This document shows, piece by piece, positions 1-8,147 of a stretch of DNA of 14,227 bases. Where the stretch lies: NCBI GenBank assembly GCA_046758445.1, contig JBHIAE010000067.1, positions 1 through 14,227 on the forward strand, read 5' to 3'. The position numbers and the translations under genes are program-made. Under the pieces are notes generated by a model. The model ran no database searches and was not told where the DNA came from. It worked only from the letters and a program-made list of their open reading frames with translations. Positions within the stretch are counted from its first letter, which is position 1. The number at the start of each line of letters is the position of its first letter. The stretch is from Candidatus Thorarchaeota archaeon (lineage in GTDB: Archaea > Asgardarchaeota > Thorarchaeia > Thorarchaeales > Thorarchaeaceae).

Positions 1-140
1 GATAGCCGCTCTGTCTGGTCCAGTCAGCTGTACGACCTCATACGGGTCAAGCTTAAAACCGGCCAGCCGACACATCTGTGGTCTTCTGTCACATCCCTGC
101 TAGAGGTTTTTCATATCGTCAGCTGTCAACACACAGGGAC

Positions 141-1076
141 ATGTCCACGGCCAGCCTCTTGCAGTGTGGTTATCAACAGTCCACACTGGCATACCCGAAG
201 ACCATCACCGTTCGAGAGAGCAGGCCGTGGATGCCCTTCCAGTCCCACGACATCCGTTTCTTTGGCAACAACAAGACCAACGTCACTCCCAAGGGCAAGG
301 ACTACGGAAGGCGGAACATCACTGACATAGGTTTTCTTCTGGACACAGTTCGAGGATGTCCATTCGCTGCTGTGTATCAGGGGCACGGTTGCTACGGCCA
401 CTGCTACCTCTCAGAGAGCATGGCCCGTTACCATATGATGTACTGGATACCAGTGAGCAACCGTCTGAACGAGCAGGCACTAAGCAGGGATCTAGAGCGC
501 ATCAACTCGGACATTGTGAGGAATGGCGTGAACGGTGAACCGTCCTGCGACTGGTCACTGGCTGCGGACACAGCCGAGTTCTGCGACCTCTTCGATAAGA
601 CCACCGTTCTCCTCACTAGGTTTGCCATCGAGCCGCATTTGCTCATTTTGGAAAGGCTGGTCAGGGCAGAGGCTATCGTACATGGCTCGGTGAGCGCTCT
701 AGATCCATCCCAGCACATTGACAGGATTCTGAGGAACCTTGAGAGGTACGAGGAGCTTGGCGGACGCATCGTCGGGCGTGTCATCACTGCATGGTTCGGT
801 GATGAGGAGTCGAAGCTTTGGGAGGTTCAAGATGACCTCATGGCACCGGACTACTCGTTCCAACAGCCCCTGAGAATCCGTGGGACCAGCCCCGCTAACA
901 GACACCTAGACTTGTCCCATTACGGCCCGACCATCTCCAACACTGACGGGCGAATCAGCAACCGTTGGAGGAGTGCCCATGATGTGGGGTATGGTACACG
1001 CGGCTGCTACAGCATGTGCTACGAGTGCCTCAACAAGTGCATGAGCCATCCTAGAGTCTGGGGGGTGTGGGAGTGA
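141..1076 (+). CDS. Radical-SAM-like Fe-S protein with non-canonical CX10CX3C motif and C-terminal CX3CX2CX3C cluster (paralog A)
   Basis: ORF 78..1076. ATG at 141 preferred because a T/A-rich TTTTCATAT lies ~25 nt upstream; start uncertain. Motifs: DTVRGCPFAAVYQGHGCYGHCY; VRNGVNGEP (GGEP-equivalent); HGSVSALD; C-terminal GCYSMCYECLNKC. Colinear with the next ORF. Confidence 0.75.
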   Translation: MSTASLLQCGYQQSTLAYPKTITVRESRPWMPFQSHDIRFFGNNKTNVTPKGKDYGRRNITDIGFLLDTVRGCPFAAVYQGHGCYGHCYLSESMARYHMMYWIPVSNRLNEQALSRDLERINSDIVRNGVNGEPSCDWSLAADTAEFCDLFDKTTVLLTRFAIEPHLLILERLVRAEAIVHGSVSALDPSQHIDRILRNLERYEELGGRIVGRVITAWFGDEESKLWEVQDDLMAPDYSFQQPLRIRGTSPANRHLDLSHYGPTISNTDGRISNRWRSAHDVGYGTRGCYSMCYECLNKCMSHPRVWGVWE

Positions 1077-2044
1077 CTGCTGAGGCAGACCTACAACAAG
1101 TGGTCCAGATGTGTCTGGATGGCACAGTCCATCTCTCAGAGGCCAAGCGACGGACGTCCAAGTGGATTGACCCTGAGACTGGACACTTCATCCCAAGGGA
1201 CATCGAGGTCCGTGGCAACTCCAAGAACCCGAGGAACACCACAGACGTCGTGTACGGGTGTCCCTACTACTCCTTCAAGAACTGTCCTTGGGGATGCTAT
1301 GCGGGGTTCGGGTGCAAGAAGCTCAGTGCTGACTTCACAACCCCTGTCGAGATGATGTTCAACCCTGATGTTCTCCGACCTCAACTCAAGAGGGTGGCTG
1401 AGAGGATAGGCTGGGTCCGAATCGGCGTGATGAGTGAGCCAGGTCTTGCATGGGACAAGGTGGTTCAGGTCTGTGATCTATCCCATAAGTATGGCGTGAC
1501 TCCTGTGGTGTTCTCAAGGCTGTGGAAGAGGCCCACTAAGGCACAGATGAGAGAACTTGTCGACAACGGCGCGATGATTCATGCCACAGTCTCAGCCTTT
1601 GACAGTGACGACTTTCTCAGTCCCAGAGCCAATGTGTGTAAGTCTTACCTTCAGTTCGGTGGTCATTTCGCATGGCGTCCAGTGTCCTTCCACTTCGATG
1701 ACACGACCTCCGAGGGTCTGCGTCTGTGGAGCAGACAGGGTCAACTGATGAACGGGGAGCTTGGTGCGACGTCTGAGAGGTCACCCTGGGTCTTGGAGAA
1801 CCCTGCCCGTGTGATGAGGGGCAAGAAGGAGTACAACCCGAACTGGAGGATTTTGGCCGAGTGGGCGTACTTCAAGGCTCCCACGACCAAGCGACACAGG
1901 TTCAGTGCTCACAACCACAACTGGACTGCTGGTGTGTTGTATGATGAGGATGCCTGCTGGGTGGGCTGCCGTGAGTGTACGGTTCAATGTCTGGTTCCCA
2001 GGGTGAGGAAGTCGAAACAGTCTTGTGTCGAGGAGTTTGTCTAA
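1073..2044 (+). CDS. Radical-SAM-like Fe-S protein with non-canonical CX7CX3C motif and C-terminal CX3CX2CX3C cluster (paralog B)
   Basis: ORF 1067..2044. GTG at 1073 overlaps the upstream TGA (GTGA) after a G-rich SD. Motifs: DVVYGCPYYSFKNCPWGCY, VRIGVMSEP, HATVSAFD, ACWVGCRECTVQC. Confidence 0.75.
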   Translation: MTAEADLQQVVQMCLDGTVHLSEAKRRTSKWIDPETGHFIPRDIEVRGNSKNPRNTTDVVYGCPYYSFKNCPWGCYAGFGCKKLSADFTTPVEMMFNPDVLRPQLKRVAERIGWVRIGVMSEPGLAWDKVVQVCDLSHKYGVTPVVFSRLWKRPTKAQMRELVDNGAMIHATVSAFDSDDFLSPRANVCKSYLQFGGHFAWRPVSFHFDDTTSEGLRLWSRQGQLMNGELGATSERSPWVLENPARVMRGKKEYNPNWRILAEWAYFKAPTTKRHRFSAHNHNWTAGVLYDEDACWVGCRECTVQCLVPRVRKSKQSCVEEFV

Positions 2045-2056
2045 CAGGTGATGGGC

Positions 2057-3529
2057 ATGATCGAAGAGGAGCCCCTGGCAAGACTCATCCGACTCCGCAG
2101 GTACGAAGAGCTTGACAACGTTGTAGATCAGCTTCTCCAAGAGTCTGGTTGGCCGCAGGTCGCATCACAACTTGAGAACATCCCCACTCCGCATGCTCAA
2201 AGCGCGGGGCCGTTGGATATACTCAGTCCCACCCACTTTGATATGCCAGGAGAACCACCACATTACATAACGGAGCAAGTCCTTGTCGATCGACCATGGT
2301 ATCTCTCCAACGAGGACGTTGGTTGGGGAGTGAGGCGCGGAACGCTCCGAGATGGCATCGTCCACATCCTCGGTCTGCAGACAGTTCTTGGGATTGACCT
2401 TGACAGCCTCAAGCCCTTCGAGGGGATACAGGCATCGAGCCTTGACGAGCTCCGTCAGAGCGCCATTCCAGTGGCCATCGATTTTCTGAGGTCGCAGGCT
2501 GCCGATCACAGGACATTCTTCTTGGACGTGGATGCGATGTCGGTTTCCCCGTTCGCGGCTGCCGTTTCAGACATAGTCGAGGCGAGGAAGAGAGAGGTCC
2601 GGGCTCTAAGCGAGGAGTCGCAGACAAACGAGGTCGTGGGGACCTACTACGGCTTCAAAGTCTTGACAGAGGGCTCCATACAGAATACTCGTCCCGTAGG
2701 ATTCGCAAGCTCTGCCCTGGAGGCACTCGATGAGATGATTCAAGCCTTGGGGAAACAGACAAGGCTTAGTCACACGAGGTTCAAGTCTTGGCGCAGGGAT
2801 ACTTCCTCATGGCTCAAAGCCTGGGAGGGCTACGATGACCTTACACAGACCCTGCTGAAGGCCATCATGCTGGTGTCAATTGGTGGTAGGAAGAGGGGAA
2901 TCCCTGAAGGGCTGAGAGTCATGGGAGTCCTCGGCGACTCTAGGGCCCTGCCCACACTCCATCGGCTCTTGGAGCTGATACCCGTTCGAAGTGACAGACT
3001 GCAAATGCTCCTGGAGGCCATCGGATGTGTTGGACATCCCAGTTCCTTCGACTACATCCTGCCGCTGGCAAAGAAGAATACTGTCGCAGGAAGGGAGGCC
3101 TTGGCGCAGATGCCTCTGATTCGCAGTCCCAAGAGCACTGAGCATCTGCTCAAGGTCTTGGCAGAGGTTACTTGGCGTCAGCAATCCATAGTGGCCACCC
3201 GCCTCTGGATGACTTTTGACAGCCGTTCTGAGGAAGTAGTACGTGCACTATGGAACCGCGTCTCTGTCACCAACGACCATCGATGGTATAGGGAAAGAAT
3301 CATGGAATTTGTGCGTGCCAGACAGGCAGTCACCTCTCTTGCCCTGATTGGAGAGGAGGGCAGGACAGTCGTGAGGAAGCACCCTGACGTCGTTGCCTCA
3401 TTGATAGAAAGATTGCCATATACCCTTGATAAGATGAGGATGTTGGTGTTGCTGCGTGCCGTCGAGGGTCTTTTGGACCACCCTACCATCGCAGCAATCT
3501 GCGAAGACGTCTCTATTGAGCGGAGATAG
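2057..3529 (+). CDS. HEAT/PBS-lyase-like repeat-containing protein with uncharacterised N-terminal domain
   Basis: ORF 2048..3529. SD AGGTGA at 2046-2051 favours ATG 2057. Repeated helical hairpins LRVMGVLGDSRALPTL, LEAIGCVGHPSSFDYIL, LAQMPLIRSPKSTEHLL are HEAT-like. Confidence 0.7.
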   Translation: MIEEEPLARLIRLRRYEELDNVVDQLLQESGWPQVASQLENIPTPHAQSAGPLDILSPTHFDMPGEPPHYITEQVLVDRPWYLSNEDVGWGVRRGTLRDGIVHILGLQTVLGIDLDSLKPFEGIQASSLDELRQSAIPVAIDFLRSQAADHRTFFLDVDAMSVSPFAAAVSDIVEARKREVRALSEESQTNEVVGTYYGFKVLTEGSIQNTRPVGFASSALEALDEMIQALGKQTRLSHTRFKSWRRDTSSWLKAWEGYDDLTQTLLKAIMLVSIGGRKRGIPEGLRVMGVLGDSRALPTLHRLLELIPVRSDRLQMLLEAIGCVGHPSSFDYILPLAKKNTVAGREALAQMPLIRSPKSTEHLLKVLAEVTWRQQSIVATRLWMTFDSRSEEVVRALWNRVSVTNDHRWYRERIMEFVRARQAVTSLALIGEEGRTVVRKHPDVVASLIERLPYTLDKMRMLVLLRAVEGLLDHPTIAAICEDVSIERR

Positions 3530-3605
3530 CCTCTCTGAAGAGAAACCCTGTCATCGTGAAGACAATCCCCTACTGGAATGATCTTCATGGGCTTCTAGCA
3601 CGGGT

Positions 3606-3839
3606 CTAATCTTCCATCTCCTCAATCCTCTCCATCAGACCAAGGAGGGCACACATGTAGACCGCATCTGGAGTATGTGGTCGAGCGAACATTGTCCCGG
3701 CATCACCGAACTTCCTTGCATACTCGAAGACCTTGTCGAGTCTGGCCTTCTCCTCTGCGGTCAACTGCCTGCGGAAGTTCTTCCACTTGGCCTCCTCAAT
3801 CCGGATTGCCTTTCTGAAGGTGGGAATGGTGCGGCCCAT
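3606..3839 (-). CDS. Small conserved archaeal helical protein (arCOG07300-like, family usually linked to PolB2 operons)
   Basis: 77 aa, MGRTIPTFR...W..FRRQL...ARLDKVF..AR...P....LL. Matches from memory the MGRTxPxxR...WxxFRRxL signature of this family. Confidence 0.7.
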   Translation of the reverse strand: MGRTIPTFRKAIRIEEAKWKNFRRQLTAEEKARLDKVFEYARKFGDAGTMFARPHTPDAVYMCALLGLMERIEEMED

Positions 3840-3911
3840 GGTGATCTAGCTGACGTCCGGTGGCGGCTCAGATAAGGACCACCAAGTCTATTAGAATCAG
3901 GTCGAATCTTT

Positions 3912-3927
3912 CAAAAGCCTTTAGAGA
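3912..3927 (+). promoter_or_regulatory. Putative archaeal BRE/TATA promoter for the tcmP-like gene
   Basis: CAAAAGCC-TTTAGAGA about 45-60 nt upstream of ATG 3973; G-rich SD GTGGGGA precedes the ATG. Confidence 0.35.
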
Positions 3928-3972
3928 CAAGGGACTGTTGGATAGAAGCGCAACATAGAGTGGGGACGATAA

Positions 3973-5631
3973 ATGGGTCTTGAGTTCAAGCATAAAGCAA
4001 TAGTTCTGAGTGGAGTGGCAGGTACCAGACTCAAGACTAAAGTCCTAGGAAGGTACTATCGCTTCTGGCACTCAGTTCAATCAGGGGGTAAACGAGGAAG
4101 CTACCGTTATCCCACCTCAATAATAGATCTAAATGCTGGCACAGGCCTTCTCTATATCAATGAGGAGCGTGAGATTATTTATGGGTCAGCAGGACATGCA
4201 TTAGAACTGAAGTATAAGTCAATAGACATCGGGACAAAGAATCTTAGCGTCTTTCTTGTAGAAGAACACGATAAGTGCAGGGAGTACCTGCTTGAAAATA
4301 TAGAGGAGGAATGGGATGTCAAGCTCCAACAACAGAAGGGCATTAGCTATCCTGTCTGGACAAATGGGGCTGTCTGGCTTTTTGAGTCAGTAAAAGACTT
4401 CCTAGAGTTCACTGAATCTGGTTCAATGATTGATAGAGGTCTATTCTTGTTCGACCCACTTCTAGCTCCAGAATATGCAGTCATCGAAAGGGTAGCTAAA
4501 AGTAGAATAAGCATTCCCTTTCAGAGAGGAACTGAGTTCATTCTCTTCTTCTTCACCTCAGACTGGGTAAATGGAAGGAAGGGCTTCTCGCCACTACCAA
4601 GAGATGCTGATGAAAGCAAATGGAAAAAAGGAGAAACAGGGAGCGCACAGATAGCCGATGTCGCGTTTGGAAATCGGGCATGGCTCAGAGTAATGGAGAT
4701 GAATGGTTCATCTGATGTACTTCAAGACTCGCTCCTATTAGCCTATGAGATGAAACTAAGGAAATGGTTCAGGCTAGTATTACCAATACCATTTCAGCCC
4801 AAGAAAGGCCAGACTTACCACATTCTGTGCTGCTCAAACTACGAGGTGGGGATAAATCTAATTCGTTCCGAGTGGGAACACCTTGTCGGGATACACAAAG
4901 GTGAGAGAGTCCGCTCTGGAGTAATTGACCTGGCCAAGGATGTTTTTCCGCGATTCTCTGCTGAATATCCAGGGATAATGCTCTCAAGAAAGAAGGGGCA
5001 AAAACGACCCTCGGAATGGAGGGTCCTGTGGAAGGTTGCGAGAGAGTTCGCTGACGGAACCTGTGATCAGAACTGCAAGAGTCTAATCGATATTGCAGGA
5101 AGCTCTGCAGAAGTTGAGCGGTGTCTAGAATGGTCTGAGTCTGAAGGATTCCTCACTAGAGAAACCAAGATTCCATGGGCATGGGCAAAGCATCCTCAGT
5201 TTCCAAGATTTCGCGCGAACTACAACCGTCTAAACGAAGTGCTTGGAATATCGCTTCCTCTTCCAATGCGACCTTTGACAGCAGACGCATTGGCCTTCCA
5301 AAAAGGGGAACAAGATACTGAGTTCCTAAGCCCAAGAATCGATGGTCTTGAGATTGATGTAAGGTTCCGTTGCCCGAAATGTAATGATCTGGTTGTTTCG
5401 GATGGAGCGATTACGATTCTCCCACCATATTTTGCTGCTGATTCTGATGCTAAGTCAATACGGGAAGATTGGGAAACATTATGGTGCCAGAACAGAGATT
5501 GTGAGGAAGAGTATTCTCTACATTGGGTCCATTCAATGTATACTGGGCTCTACTTCCGAATTGAGGACACAAAGAAAGATCATCCCTTCTGGTACAGGGA
5601 ATTATCACTGTACGAAGATGAAGAACCATAG
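3973..5631 (+). CDS. tcmP: Three-Cys-motif partner protein TcmP-like (SAM-binding methyltransferase fold + winged helix) with C-terminal Zn-ribbon extension
   Basis: N-terminal K..VL..YY..W; motif-I-like IIDLNAGTG; GSAGHAL; LVEEH; LFLFDP; TEFILFF; YHILCCSN..G. Adjacent to a three-Cys radical SAM gene, as is typical for the family. C-terminal CPKC...CQNRDC. Confidence 0.75.
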   Translation: MGLEFKHKAIVLSGVAGTRLKTKVLGRYYRFWHSVQSGGKRGSYRYPTSIIDLNAGTGLLYINEEREIIYGSAGHALELKYKSIDIGTKNLSVFLVEEHDKCREYLLENIEEEWDVKLQQQKGISYPVWTNGAVWLFESVKDFLEFTESGSMIDRGLFLFDPLLAPEYAVIERVAKSRISIPFQRGTEFILFFFTSDWVNGRKGFSPLPRDADESKWKKGETGSAQIADVAFGNRAWLRVMEMNGSSDVLQDSLLLAYEMKLRKWFRLVLPIPFQPKKGQTYHILCCSNYEVGINLIRSEWEHLVGIHKGERVRSGVIDLAKDVFPRFSAEYPGIMLSRKKGQKRPSEWRVLWKVAREFADGTCDQNCKSLIDIAGSSAEVERCLEWSESEGFLTRETKIPWAWAKHPQFPRFRANYNRLNEVLGISLPLPMRPLTADALAFQKGEQDTEFLSPRIDGLEIDVRFRCPKCNDLVVSDGAITILPPYFAADSDAKSIREDWETLWCQNRDCEEEYSLHWVHSMYTGLYFRIEDTKKDHPFWYRELSLYEDEEP

Positions 5632-5814
5632 GTTCATTCACTGTAGAAATAATAGGGGGCTGAACTTACGAGTTTTTCAATGTGTGAGATGATGATTATT
5701 TGATGGAGTGTGTTGTGACTGACAATTGCATCATCGAGCGAACTCTTTCTCCAAGAAGCCACATCCAAGGGAGGGTGTATCCGAGCGATTAAGGGGACAT
5801 TTGCTAATTATAAG

Positions 5815-6738
5815 ATGCTTGACGGGACTTTACAGCGAAGGCTCAGAAAGATAGGAAGCGGGTCAATCATCAAGAGATTCGAAATGACGCCCTATCCTCG
5901 TAAGGAAGCTGATGTCGTCTGTCCACACTTTCTGGAGCTGAAATGGGGATACGGATGCCCATACGACTGTTCCTGGTGTTTCTTGAAGGGCACTCTTAGA
6001 ATGTTGCCTGAGAAGACTGCACCGAAGACTAAACCGAGGGATAAGGTCAAGAAGCATGTGCTGTCAGCTATCAAGTACAAATCACATCCAGAGATGTTCA
6101 ATACCGGTGAACTCTGCGACTCATTGATGGACGAGAGAGGAGCTGTGCCATTCTCAAAGTGGATAATTGATATCTTTGAGTCTCAGAATACGCACAAGGT
6201 CTTGTTCCTCACGAAGTCGTCATACGTAAAGCGACTCCTCAAAGTAGAGAAGCATAGGCAGGCTGTCATTAGTTTCAGCATCAACGCGGAGAAGGTGTCG
6301 AGGAAGTGGGAACGAGCCCCATCCGTAAGGAAGCGCATAGAAGCTGCTTCCAGACTATCAGAAGAAGGGTGGGAGGTCAGAGTGAGGATTGATCCGATGG
6401 TCCCACTTCCTGATTGGAGGGAAGCATATGCCAATCTTGTCGACCTCTTGTTCACAAGTCTGACCCCCAACAGAGTCACGCTTGGCACTCTTCGTGGACT
6501 GCAATCAACGCTGAATAACGTGAAAGACCATTCATGGATCAAGTATCTAGATGGTGACAACTCAGGTTGGGGAAAGAAGACTAATGATGATCTAAGAGAA
6601 AAGATGTACCAATGGATGTTTTCTCTATTGGAACCTCATATGTCCCTCAAGCATGTGGGCCTATGTAAGGAAACGCTCAGGATGATTCGAACATTGGGTC
6701 TTGATTTCAGGGAGCAAGTCTGCAATTGTATTCTGTGA
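5815..6738 (+). CDS. Spore-photoproduct-lyase-family (SPL-like) radical SAM protein
   Basis: Canonical CX3CX2C (GCPYDCSWCFL), FNTGELCDSL, FLTKS, SFSIN, RIEAA, RVRIDPMV, TLGTLR, C-terminal LCKE...CNC. The frame is open upstream to a CTG at 5719 (possible true start). Confidence 0.85.
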   Translation: MLDGTLQRRLRKIGSGSIIKRFEMTPYPRKEADVVCPHFLELKWGYGCPYDCSWCFLKGTLRMLPEKTAPKTKPRDKVKKHVLSAIKYKSHPEMFNTGELCDSLMDERGAVPFSKWIIDIFESQNTHKVLFLTKSSYVKRLLKVEKHRQAVISFSINAEKVSRKWERAPSVRKRIEAASRLSEEGWEVRVRIDPMVPLPDWREAYANLVDLLFTSLTPNRVTLGTLRGLQSTLNNVKDHSWIKYLDGDNSGWGKKTNDDLREKMYQWMFSLLEPHMSLKHVGLCKETLRMIRTLGLDFREQVCNCIL

Positions 6739-6776
6739 CCACTGCGTCCACTGAGTTATCAACTCTCAACGTCCTT

Positions 6777-8069
6777 TCAAGGGTGTCTTTGGTCTGAGTC
6801 TAGCCAGTTGGACAATCTAGCATTCAGCTTGTTCCTCTCCTGCCGGTTAGAGTCGACTTTGAGAGTATAATCAATAAGCCCTCCTCTAATGTTGAAGAGG
6901 ATTAGATAAGCTCTAAGGGCATTAGATGTAATCCAAAACAGTTCATTGACCAAGGATGTGTTCTTTGATTCGAATGAGGCTCCATGAACCAGAGGGCCTC
7001 TGACTGATCTGTGGATCTTCTTCAGTTTCTTCTCAACTTCAGCACGCTGACTCTCCGAAGTGCTAGTAATACTAGCAATTCTTGACGCCATGTCTTTGCC
7101 CCCAGTTCGAACAATTGTTTCTAGAATAATGGAGAGGTCTACTACCTCATCCTCAATGAAGTCGTTGCAGATTGCACGATTGTACCTCCGCAGAGACCTA
7201 AGCAGCCGTGGGACTTCTTCATGGTGCATTCTGACTGCCTTTCTCAGTCTTCTATGCAACTTTATCAGGAGCTTCCTTTGTGCGTGGTTCAAGATGAATT
7301 TGGAGTCCCATCTTCTGCTGAAGGCAGCTGGATGCACATCAGGTCTAGTGTTATGATGTAGGCTTATTACAACCGTACCCTTTCGTGGGCTCTCGTCGTT
7401 AGTCACCTGGTTCACACCAACGGAGCTAGGTGATAAGAGTCGGAGAGAACTCACCAAGAGGTCAAACTCTGGCAGAATATCACCTCGAATCATCTGTCTT
7501 GGTCCCTTGGCCCCAGTGCTCTTCCTTGAGGTCTTTGTGGTAGGCATCGTTTCCGCAATGACCTCCGCCCCAGTTCTCCCTCCAATAGCAAGACCCTGAC
7601 TGATGAAGTATGCCCTCTCAATAGGAGTGGCCTTTCTCAGGCGTAAGGGGCCATCAATGTCAACGATCTCATCATCCATCTCGAGTTGCTGGACATAGCA
7701 CCAGAACCTTCCCAGAGGTATCTTGACTAACGAGCAACTATTCAGGTCCTCAAGTGCATGTTCCAGATTCTTCGGATTGACCTCTGGAGGTCCATCAGGT
7801 AGGAAACACTCGGAAACAAGGCGACTGATGACTTTTGATAACGCTGCATCTAGCCCTTCACTACTCATGACTTCAAGCTGCCGAGTTTTAGCTGCCGCTT
7901 CTCGGATAAGTTCAATTGTTTGCTTCATCTCACTTGAGTCTTGGAGGATGCTCTCAATAGCAAAGATGGCAGTGGGTCCATATTTACGTGATTCAAGCCT
8001 CTCAATAGTAATCTCCAATAGTCGTTTAAACGAGTCTTGGAGCCTATTCATTGCATCAGCATCATTCAT
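6777..8069 (-). CDS. ApeA-like HEPN domain protein (putative RNase toxin/defence effector)
   Basis: C-terminal SLRRYNRA...EDEVVDLSIILETI...RIA...LKKIHRSVRGPLVHG carries the HEPN Rx4H motif (RGPLVH at 6984-7001) plus the upstream conserved Glu. Confidence 0.75.
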   Translation of the reverse strand: MNDADAMNRLQDSFKRLLEITIERLESRKYGPTAIFAIESILQDSSEMKQTIELIREAAAKTRQLEVMSSEGLDAALSKVISRLVSECFLPDGPPEVNPKNLEHALEDLNSCSLVKIPLGRFWCYVQQLEMDDEIVDIDGPLRLRKATPIERAYFISQGLAIGGRTGAEVIAETMPTTKTSRKSTGAKGPRQMIRGDILPEFDLLVSSLRLLSPSSVGVNQVTNDESPRKGTVVISLHHNTRPDVHPAAFSRRWDSKFILNHAQRKLLIKLHRRLRKAVRMHHEEVPRLLRSLRRYNRAICNDFIEDEVVDLSIILETIVRTGGKDMASRIASITSTSESQRAEVEKKLKKIHRSVRGPLVHGASFESKNTSLVNELFWITSNALRAYLILFNIRGGLIDYTLKVDSNRQERNKLNARLSNWLDSDQRHP

Positions 8070-8147
8070 CGATATCCCAATAGTTCAGGGAATAGCCTAG
8101 TTCTCATATCAAGGTTCTTTCAGAAGATGTGCAGTTCGCTACCGTGA

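Noticed and set aside
1-330. Stop-free frame +1 from the window edge
   Set aside because: Ser/Thr/Pro-rich translation overlapping the radical-SAM-like gene; looks like a shadow frame.
5815-6738. True spore photoproduct lyase (splB)
   Set aside because: Family-level motifs only. GELCDSL differs from the SplB-type motif, and the context is archaeal and TcmP-linked, so no gene symbol was given.
6751-6767. GAGTTATCAA(CTC) after the HEPN stop as a remnant of the GAGTTGTCAA repeat end
   Set aside because: Only 9/10 nt match, compatible with chance. Worth rechecking if the cassette model holds.
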